Source: an uncultured Gemmatimonadales bacterium
GTDB taxonomy: Bacteria > Gemmatimonadota > Gemmatimonadetes > Gemmatimonadales > GWC2-71-9
Direction: 5' to 3'
Assembly: GCA_963779755.1 (NCBI GenBank)
Contig: CAVZZO010000003.1
Coordinates: 1,024,001-1,088,000, forward strand
Length of the DNA: 64,000 nucleotides
In this document: positions 1-7,324 of the stretch, piece by piece
How positions within the stretch are numbered: the stretch's first letter is position 1
Layout: the number at the start of each line of letters is the position of its first letter
Translations under genes and position numbers: made by a program
The notes under the pieces: model-generated
What the model was told of the DNA's origin: nothing
What the model saw: only the letters and a program-made list of their open reading frames with translations
Database searches by the model: none

Positions 1-998
1 CGGTCCTCACCGCCCTCTGCCTGCTGACCGCCTGCGGCCGACCCTCCCCCGGCCCGGCGGAACGCGTCCTGGTACCGCCCGGGGCCAGCTTCAGCAATGT
101 CACCGACTCGCTCGTCCGCCACGGGGTGGTGGAGCACCGGCTCTGGTTCAAGCTGCTTGCCCGGCTGCGCCGGGTAGACCGCTCGGTCAAGGCGGGGGTG
201 TATGAATTCCCGCAGCATGCCTCCGCCTGGGAGGTGCTGAGCAAACTCGAGCAGGGCGACGTGCTGGCCCAGCGATTCACCGTCCCGGAGGGCCTCTCCG
301 TCCGGGAACTGGCCGGCCTGGCCGCGACCGAGCTGGGAATCCCGGCCGACTCGGTGATCGCCGCCGCGCACGACCCCACCGTTCCGGCCGAGCTCGGTTT
401 GCCGGGCCCCACCATGGAGGGGTTCCTCCTGCCCAACACCTATCAGCTGCCGGCCGACGTGACGGGCCGCGAGCTGGTGCACATCATGGGTCGCACCTTC
501 CTGGAGCAGTGGAAGCCGGCGTGGACCCGGCGACTGGACACCCTGGGCCTGAGCCTGCGACAGCTGGTGACGCTGGCATCCATCGTGGAGGGCGAGGCGG
601 CGGTCGACTCGGAGCGGGAGGTGATCGCCGGCGTCTACCACAACCGCCTGCAGCTCGGCATGCCGCTGCAGGCCGACCCGACGGTCATCTACGCCATCGA
701 GCTGCAGACCGGTGAGCGCAAGGCGAGGCTCTTCCTCAAGGACTACCAGTTCCCCTCCATCTACAACACCTACCTCCATCCCGGCCTGCCCCCGGGCCCC
801 ATCAGCTCACCCGGCCTGCGCAGCATCGAGGCCGCGCTGTATCCCGACAGCGTCCCCTGGCTCTACTTCGTCGCCCGCCCCGACGGATCCCACGCCTTCA
901 GCCGCAGTTACGAAGAACACCTGGCGCAGATCGCGCGCTCCCAGCGACTGCGGCGGGAGTTGAAGAACGGCACAGAACCGAAGGGAGACAAGAGATGA
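1..998 (+). CDS. mltG: Endolytic transglycosylase MltG (YceG family), 5'-truncated by the window edge
   Basis: Motifs TVPEGL, EGFLLPNTY, LASIVEGE, NRLQLGMPLQADPTV, YNTYLHPGLPPGPI. The frame stays open upstream of 126 (VLTALCLLTACG...). Confidence 0.93.
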   Translation, partial: VLTALCLLTACGRPSPGPAERVLVPPGASFSNVTDSLVRHGVVEHRLWFKLLARLRRVDRSVKAGVYEFPQHASAWEVLSKLEQGDVLAQRFTVPEGLSVRELAGLAATELGIPADSVIAAAHDPTVPAELGLPGPTMEGFLLPNTYQLPADVTGRELVHIMGRTFLEQWKPAWTRRLDTLGLSLRQLVTLASIVEGEAAVDSEREVIAGVYHNRLQLGMPLQADPTVIYAIELQTGERKARLFLKDYQFPSIYNTYLHPGLPPGPISSPGLRSIEAALYPDSVPWLYFVARPDGSHAFSRSYEEHLAQIARSQRLRRELKNGTEPKGDKR

Positions 999-999
999 G

Positions 1000-2185
1000 A
1001 AAAGAGGAAAGGACTGAGGACTGAGTGGGACGGCAAGGCGGCAGGACGGCAAGGCGGCAGGACGGCAAGACGGCAAGACGGCAAGAGCGAGCCCGAACCC
1101 GATGCCTCCCGGAGCGCGCGTCAGGAGCGCCCGCCGGTGGATGGGGATCTGATCGCCGCGAAGCGATCCGTCGGCGCGCGGAGGGAGGCTCGGCGAGGGC
1201 GAGCCGAACGAGGCCTGAGGACTGAGCGGACAGCGAAGTGGCGGGCCCGAAGCCGATGCCTCCCGCAGCGCGCGTCAGGAGCGCCCGCCGGTGGATGGGG
1301 ATCTGATCGCCACGAAGCGATCCGTCGGCGCGCGGAGGGAGGCTCGGCGAGGGCGAGCCGAACGAGGCCTGAGGACTGAGCGGACGGCAAGAGCGAGCCC
1401 GAACCCGATGCCTCCCGCAGCGCGCGTCAGGAGCGCCCGCCGGTGGATGGGGATCTGATCGCCGCGAAGCGATCCGTCGGCGCGCGGAGGGAGGCTCGGC
1501 GAGGGCGAAGCAAGAGAGAAAAGGGGACCGAAAGAGGAAAGGACTGAGTGGGACGGCAAGGCGGCAGGACGGCAGGACGGCAAGCGCGAGCCCGAAGCCG
1601 ATGCCTCCCGCAGCGCGCGTCAGGAGCGCCCACCGGTGGATGGGGATCCGGTCGCCGCGAAGCGATCCGTCGGCGCGCGGAGGGAGGCTCGGCGAGGGCG
1701 GAGCAAGAGAGAAATGGGGCCCGAAAGAGGAAAGGACCGAGTGGGACGGCAAGGCGGCAGAACGGCAAGGCGGCAGGACGGCAGGACGGCAAGGGCGAGC
1801 CGAACGAGGCCTGAGGACTGAGCGGACGGCGAAGTGGCGAGCCCGAAGCCGATGCCTCCCGGAGCGCGCGTCAGGAGCGCCCGCCGGTGGATGGGGATCT
1901 GATCGCCGCGAAGCGATCCGTCGGCGCGCGGAGGGAGGCTCGGCGAGGGCGAGCCGAACGAGGCCTGAGGACTGAGCGGACAGCGAAGTGGCGGGCCCGA
2001 AGCCGATGCCTCCCGGAGCGCGCGTCAGGAGCGCCCGCCAGTGGATGGGGATCTGATCGCCGCGAAGCGATCCGTCGGCGCGCGGAGGGAGGCTCGGCGA
2101 GGGCGAGCCGAACGAGGCCTGAGGACTAAGCGGACGGCGAGGGCGAGCCCCGAAAAGGCAAAGAGAAAAGGACCGGGAACTGAGT
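1000..2185 (+). repeat. Mosaic array: six copies of a 110-nt self-complementary core separated by two kinds of recurring linker
   Basis: Cores at 1091-1200, 1245-1354, 1397-1506, 1590-1699, 1841-1950, 1995-2104 (GCCCGAASCCGATGCCTCCC...GGGAGGCTCGGCGAGGGC). Linker A is GAGCCGAACGAGGCCTGAGGACTGAGCGGAC...; linker B is a purine-rich block plus GGCAAGGC/GGCAGGAC octamers. Confidence 0.95.
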
Positions 2186-2191
2186 ACTCGC

Positions 2192-2815
2192 CTAGCGGAA
2201 CCCGGCCGCATACGCCGCAGCGGCCTGCTCCACCCCGCTCTCCCCCCCCAGAATCCCCGATACGACAGCAACTCCACATGCGCCCGCCCGCAGCACAGCC
2301 GGCACGTCATCGGGCCGGATACCACCAATCGCCACGCAGGGATGCCCGGCGCTCTCCCGCACGACGGCAGCCAGACCCTCCGGACCCAGAGCCGCCCCGG
2401 CATCCGCCTTGGTGGTGGTGACACGGTACGGGCCTACGCCCCAGTAGTCGGCCTCCACGCCGCCCGGTATTTCGTCGGGGCCGCCCACGCTGGCACCCAG
2501 CAGGAAACCCGCGGGAACCACCGACCGTGCCAGCCGGACCGGCAGATCGTCGGGCCCGAGATGCACGCCGTCGGCACCCGCGGCCAGGGCGACATCCACC
2601 CGGTCGTTGATGAACAACGGCACCGGCAATGCCTCCCTCAGGGTTCTGGCCAGCGTGCACAGATCGCGCGGTGTCGCCTGCTTGAGCCGCAGCTGCACCG
2701 CCGTGACGCCGCCCCGGACCGCGGCCCGGCAGAGATCCGGCAGATCGCGACCCCCGACCAGCGCATCGTCGGTGACCAGAACCAGACGCAGCATCCCCGC
2801 TACATTTCCGCCCAT
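2192..2815 (-). CDS. thiE: Thiamine-phosphate synthase
   Basis: VQLRLK, LFINDRVDVALAAGADGVHLGPDD, TTTKAD, VAIGGI, GVAVVSGI motifs. Start is 2815 or 2794. Confidence 0.92.
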   Translation of the reverse strand: MGGNVAGMLRLVLVTDDALVGGRDLPDLCRAAVRGGVTAVQLRLKQATPRDLCTLARTLREALPVPLFINDRVDVALAAGADGVHLGPDDLPVRLARSVVPAGFLLGASVGGPDEIPGGVEADYWGVGPYRVTTTKADAGAALGPEGLAAVVRESAGHPCVAIGGIRPDDVPAVLRAGACGVAVVSGILGGESGVEQAAAAYAAGFR

Positions 2816-2905
2816 GATGGAGCCTGCCCCCCGGGAAACGACGGACGCAACCCCCCGCTGCGTCACCGGTGACGCCGGCCGGCTGCGCCGGCGAGGTGCC
2901 CGCGG

Positions 2906-4060
2906 ATGGTAATCGTCTCTCACCGCGGCGCCGCCCGCTGGGTGCGGGGGCACCCCTGGATCTACCGCGGCGACGTGCTGGAAGAGCCGGGCCGGGCCGG
3001 CATCGTCACCGTCGCCGACCCGGACGGGCGCACCATGGGCCAGGCCCTGTACTCGCCCCGCTCGGAGATCCGCCTCCGCCTGCTGGAGCGCGGCCCCCGC
3101 CCGGTGGATGCCGGCTGGTGGCACGACCAGATCGCCGGGGCGCTGCGGCGCCGGGAGTCCATCGACGCCACCGCCTGGCGGGTGGTGCACGCTGAAGGCG
3201 ACGGGCTGCCCTCCCTGGTGGTGGATCGCTACGACCGCTGGGTGGTGGCCCAGCTACTGTCGGCCCCGCTGGAAACCGCCCGTGCCGACATCCTCGAGGC
3301 GATCAACGGTGTCCTGGAGCCCGAGGGCATCCTGCTCCGCAACGATGCGGCGGTGCGCCAGCGCGAGGGGCTGCCCCGGGAGATCGAACTGGTGGCGGGC
3401 GCCGTGCCCGAGACCATCGAAATCCGGGAGGGTGCGGTGCGCTATCTGGCCGCACCCCGGGGCGGACAGAAGACCGGCGCTTTCCTCGACCAGCGGGAGA
3501 ACCGGCTCCGGGCCGGCCGGCTGGTTCCCGAAGGCGGCAGCGCCCTCGATTGCTTCGCCTATCACGGCTCCTTTGCCCTCCATCTGGCACAGCACGCCGG
3601 CCAGGTCCTGGCGCTCGACAGCAGCGCCGAAGCCCTGGCACGGGGCCGGGAAAACGCCGCGCTCAACGGCCTCGATAACATCGCCTGGCAGCAGGGAGAC
3701 GTCTTCGCGCTGCTGCGCGAGTATGAACGGGCCGGGCGCCGCTTCGAGACCATCGTGCTCGATCCGCCGGCCTTTGCCAAATCCCGGCAATCGGTGGCCG
3801 GCGCCGTCCGCGGCTATACCGAAATCAATCTCCGGGCCATGCGACTGTTATCGCCGGGCGGCCACCTGCTCACCGCCTCCTGTTCCTATCATCTCTCCCG
3901 GCCGCAATTCCTCGGCCTGCTGGAACAGGCGGCGGCCGATAGCGGCCGGCGGATCATTCTGCGGGAACTGCTGGGCCAGGCGGTCGACCATCCCGAGGTG
4001 CTGACGATCCCCGAAACGGGCTACCTGAAGGGCGCCGTGCTACAGGCGGGCGACGCGTAA
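2906..4060 (+). CDS. Class I SAM-dependent rRNA methyltransferase (RlmI/m5C1962-like)
   Basis: GHPWIY PUA-like start, HAEGDGLPSLVVDRY, GQKTGAFLDQRENR, LDPPAFAKS, TASCS, PETGYLK. Confidence 0.88.
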   Translation: MVIVSHRGAARWVRGHPWIYRGDVLEEPGRAGIVTVADPDGRTMGQALYSPRSEIRLRLLERGPRPVDAGWWHDQIAGALRRRESIDATAWRVVHAEGDGLPSLVVDRYDRWVVAQLLSAPLETARADILEAINGVLEPEGILLRNDAAVRQREGLPREIELVAGAVPETIEIREGAVRYLAAPRGGQKTGAFLDQRENRLRAGRLVPEGGSALDCFAYHGSFALHLAQHAGQVLALDSSAEALARGRENAALNGLDNIAWQQGDVFALLREYERAGRRFETIVLDPPAFAKSRQSVAGAVRGYTEINLRAMRLLSPGGHLLTASCSYHLSRPQFLGLLEQAAADSGRRIILRELLGQAVDHPEVLTIPETGYLKGAVLQAGDA

Positions 4061-4076
4061 CAACGGGTAAGACGCT

Positions 4077-5402
4077 TCACCGTCGCTCGACCCAGGTAAC
4101 AATGTCGTCGACGACTTCCCGGGCCAGATGCGCCGGCTGGGCATACTCCGACGGGGTGCTCTTCCCGCTGCCGGCAACGAAGAGGTGGTTCAGGGCCGGG
4201 TAGGTCTTGAACGTCACGGCGCTGTCGCCCGCCAGCCCTTCCCGCCAGTTGGCATAGTCCGCCATGGTCACCTGGTAGTCCCGCTCTCCCTGCAGGATGA
4301 GCATCGGCATGGAGAGCGTGCGGGCCACGGCAACCGGCTGATAGGCGTCCAGGTCGAGCCAGTAGGCCGCGGGGGCGCCCAGAACCACCGCGGGCGAGGC
4401 GCTGTCGGCGGGGGTGAGCGCGCGGACCTCGGCGATGCCGGCGCGCATCCTGTCGAAGGCCTCGGTGGACGCTTTGCTGTCGCCTCCCGGAAGCGACTGC
4501 AGGTAGGCGAGCTGCTGTTCCATGACATCTTCCAGCCGCCGGGTCGTGCCCGCCATGATGATGAGCCCGGCGATGTCCGGGTCGCGCTGCCCGATGCGCG
4601 GCGCCATCATCCCGCCCAGGCTGTGTCCCAGCACGAACACGCGCGCGCTGTCGACGCCCGGCGTCTGCCGCAGCAGTTCGACGGCTGCCACCGCGTCGTT
4701 CACAGTCTCCCGGTCGACCGTGAAGGGCCCGTGAAACTCCTCGGGATGAGCCCGGGTGCGCTTTTCATAGCGATAGACGGCGATGCCCCGGCTGGCCAGC
4801 CCCCAGGCCAGATCGCGGAACGGCTTGACCCCGCCGACCGTCTCGTCCCGGTCGTTCGGCCCGGAGCCGTGCACCAGCACCACGGCGGGAAAGGGTCCGG
4901 CGCCGGTGGGGACGCTCAGGGTGCCCGGCAGCGCGCCGGCGCCGGAACCCACCGGCATCTCCCGTTCGGAGAAGGCGCTGGTATCTGCGTAGGGCGGAAC
5001 CTGCGGACCGGCCTCCTGGTGCGGCTGGAAGAACAGGCCGCTGACCCGCTGCTCCCCATCGAACACGACCTTGGCGTCGAGCACCGCCCGCTCGAAGGTG
5101 GCGGGCACGACGACGATGATATAGCCGCCGGAGGTGGAGCGCTGCGGCGTTCCCAGCTTCTGGAGCGCGCCCACCTGGCCCTGCAGCGTTTCCCAGGTCT
5201 GGCGCAGCCTGGGCTCGGGCAGCGCCTGGCGCATGGTGGAATCGAAGCCGGCTGCCGCCTCCGCGTACCGGCCGTCGTTCAGCTGCCGGATCAGCCTGAC
5301 GGCCGCCGTGTCCAGCTCGGGCGCCGGCTCCTGGGCGTCGAGAGGCTCGGTCACCATCCCCACGAGCAGGACAGCGGCGCAGAGCGGGAATATCGAGAAC
5401 AT
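4077..5402 (-). CDS. Exported alpha/beta-hydrolase with N-terminal DUF3887-like domain
   Basis: Signal-like N-terminus; VLVHGSGPNDRDET, GHSLGG nucleophile elbow, QGERDYQV, LNHLF. Confidence 0.85.
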   Translation of the reverse strand: MFSIFPLCAAVLLVGMVTEPLDAQEPAPELDTAAVRLIRQLNDGRYAEAAAGFDSTMRQALPEPRLRQTWETLQGQVGALQKLGTPQRSTSGGYIIVVVPATFERAVLDAKVVFDGEQRVSGLFFQPHQEAGPQVPPYADTSAFSEREMPVGSGAGALPGTLSVPTGAGPFPAVVLVHGSGPNDRDETVGGVKPFRDLAWGLASRGIAVYRYEKRTRAHPEEFHGPFTVDRETVNDAVAAVELLRQTPGVDSARVFVLGHSLGGMMAPRIGQRDPDIAGLIIMAGTTRRLEDVMEQQLAYLQSLPGGDSKASTEAFDRMRAGIAEVRALTPADSASPAVVLGAPAAYWLDLDAYQPVAVARTLSMPMLILQGERDYQVTMADYANWREGLAGDSAVTFKTYPALNHLFVAGSGKSTPSEYAQPAHLAREVVDDIVTWVERR

Positions 5403-5663
5403 CGCGCAGGGCTCCTTTCGGTCCCGGGCCCCGGGGCCCGGGGCCGGATCGGTACGATCCTGGTGGAATATGCCGTACCGTCTCCCGGCTCGGGACCCCC
5501 TTCGGCCGGTGGGGCGCATTGACACCTCTGCGCCGGGTCACGAGTTTTGTCGGAGCGTGTCTCCATTATCCCTCTCCAGCCGCCGCCGCGCGAGTCCTCG
5601 CGTCCGGGGGCAGCGTGTCGGTACTCGCAGCATGCGTCTGGCGTCCGTCCTCCATCTCCACCC

Positions 5664-6527
5664 ATGCTGACCCTCGACCAGGTCCGGCGGCAGCGCCGCC
5701 GGCGCACGCCCCCGTCGCTCAAGCAGCAATACCAGGAATACATCCTTCAGCGCATCGAGAGCTTCAAGAACTCGCTGGAGCGGGACGAGCTGCTGCGGCT
5801 GGGCGACGAAGCAGTGGCCGAGCTGAACGCGACCCGCGAGGGACAGTTCGTGCTGACGGAAGTGCTCATGCTCGACTCAGTGGACCGGCTGATCATGAAG
5901 CGCCTGCGCCTGCGCTCCTACCGCCGCTGGCGCCAGCACGTGCTGGCGCTCCGTGCGGCCCAGCGCGAGCCGACCCACTGGGGCCTGGAGACCCATAGCC
6001 CCATCACCGGGCTCCTGCCGCGCATCGAACCGGGCGATCACATCGTGCTGCTCGGCGCCGGGTTGGAGGCGGAAGCCTGCCTGGCCGCCGCCCATGACGC
6101 ATCGGTCACCTTCCTCTCGGCCGACCTGGGCGTGGTGGAGCGGGCCGAACTGCGGGTGGCGGCCGAGTCACTGGCAGCCGGCTTCGCCGCGCTCGTCGTC
6201 CAGTACGGATGCTGGTTCCCCGACCTCGACCCACCGGCCGATGCCGTGGTGGTCGAGACCGCCGCGCTGGTCGACCTTGAACCGCCCGCCCGCGTCGACC
6301 TGATGCGCTGCCTGCAGCAGTGCATCGCGCCCGGCGGCATTCACGTACTGGTGCCCGGCGAGCCGCACCTCGCCCCCGAGGCGCTCCTGCCCTTCTACGC
6401 CGGCTGGGCCCGCGAGCCCGATCCGGTATCGCGGAGCTCCCGGCACCGTAAGGCAGGCCTCATCCTCTCCCCCCCGGTGTGTCAGATCGACATGGACCTG
6501 GACGCGTCGAAACGACACACCTCCTGA
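5664..6527 (+). CDS. Hypothetical protein with helical N-terminus and possible degenerate methyltransferase-like C-terminal fold
   Basis: Protein-like ORF; C-terminal IVLLGAG...CIAPGGIHVLV resembles a Rossmann/MTase fold. Confidence 0.6.
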   Translation: MLTLDQVRRQRRRRTPPSLKQQYQEYILQRIESFKNSLERDELLRLGDEAVAELNATREGQFVLTEVLMLDSVDRLIMKRLRLRSYRRWRQHVLALRAAQREPTHWGLETHSPITGLLPRIEPGDHIVLLGAGLEAEACLAAAHDASVTFLSADLGVVERAELRVAAESLAAGFAALVVQYGCWFPDLDPPADAVVVETAALVDLEPPARVDLMRCLQQCIAPGGIHVLVPGEPHLAPEALLPFYAGWAREPDPVSRSSRHRKAGLILSPPVCQIDMDLDASKRHTS

Positions 6528-6644
6528 GTTCGCTCAACCCAACTCGCTGCCAGACATGTACTTGCATTGGCAGCCGTCGCGGCACGACGGCTGCTTCCTT
6601 ATTAGAGGGCAGCAGTGCGGCACAACCTCAGTAAGGAAGGCACC

Positions 6645-6812
6645 GTGGAACGCATGCGCATGGCCCCGGTCGAAGAGCCGCTGGGAATCGTGATCCGGAA
6701 CGCCCGGCCCGCCAAGCGGCCCGCCGTCATCTGGGCCTACATGTGGGCCGCCGATGACGACGACACCCAGGAACACTGGCATCAGCAGGTCCCCAAAGAA
6801 CACGCGGCCTGA
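6645..6812 (+). CDS. Small hypothetical protein (~55 aa)
   Basis: AAGGAAGG SD upstream of GTG 6645; followed directly by a terminator hairpin. Confidence 0.55.
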   Translation: MERMRMAPVEEPLGIVIRNARPAKRPAVIWAYMWAADDDDTQEHWHQQVPKEHAA

Positions 6813-6836
6813 TCGCGTTGCTCCGCCCAAGACCAC

Positions 6837-6866
6837 AGCGCCCCGGTTTCCGGGGCGCTTTGCTTT
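6837..6866 (+). terminator. Intrinsic terminator
   Basis: AGCGCCCCGG-TTT-CCGGGGCGCT followed by TTGCTTT, between convergent small ORFs. Confidence 0.75.
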
Positions 6867-6957
6867 CCAGCCGGCTCACATCCCTTCCCGCCGATGCCTG
6901 AAAGCACTTGGGGCCGGCGACGGCCGGCCCCTTGGTGCTCCTGCAAACTGCTGGCGG

Positions 6958-7083
6958 CTACTTCTTCCGCTTGGCCGCCTTCTTCCGCGGCGCGGCCTTT
7001 TTGGTCGCCGCTTTTCTGCGCGTGGACTTCTTCGCGGCCTTCTTGGAGCTCTTCTTTGCTGCCTTCTTCCGTCGTGCCGCCAT
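6958..7083 (-). CDS. 41-aa Lys/Ala/Arg-rich histone H1-like basic protein
   Basis: Strong SD GGAGGAG before ATG; MAARRKKAAKKSSKKAAKKSTRRKAATKKAAPRKKAAKRKK. Confidence 0.75.
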   Translation of the reverse strand: MAARRKKAAKKSSKKAAKKSTRRKAATKKAAPRKKAAKRKK

Positions 7084-7324
7084 AACTCCTCCTGTGATGA
7101 TGAAGTGAGCCGTTGCCGGCTCGAGAGAGAGAAGAGTGAACGACTCTTCTCGCAGAACATGGGATGAAGCAGAACGGCAGGCAGCGGGCCAGAACGTGCT
7201 CCCGCGCCAGTACAAGATTTGACATTCTGTCCAATAGCGCAATAGTTCGCAGCGGATCAGGTGGTCGAGCGGCCTCCTCGCGACCACTTATATTCCGGAA
7301 CGAACTCCTCCCGGCCACGATCTC

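Noticed and set aside
1210..1262. Hammerhead-like fold: GAGGC-CTGAGGA-CTG..CAG-CGAAG...GCCTC
   Set aside because: There is an extra C before GAA, G/A replaces the A15.1-U16.1 pair, there is no NUH triplet, another linker copy lacks GAA, and GCCTC pairs better within the core.
1091..2104. CRISPR array
   Set aside because: Repeats are 110 nt, the 'spacers' are themselves repeated modules, and no cas genes are present.
898..2424. Long repetitive ORFs across the repeat array
   Set aside because: They are open in several frames on both strands, a by-product of GC-rich repeats; no SD or protein-like composition.
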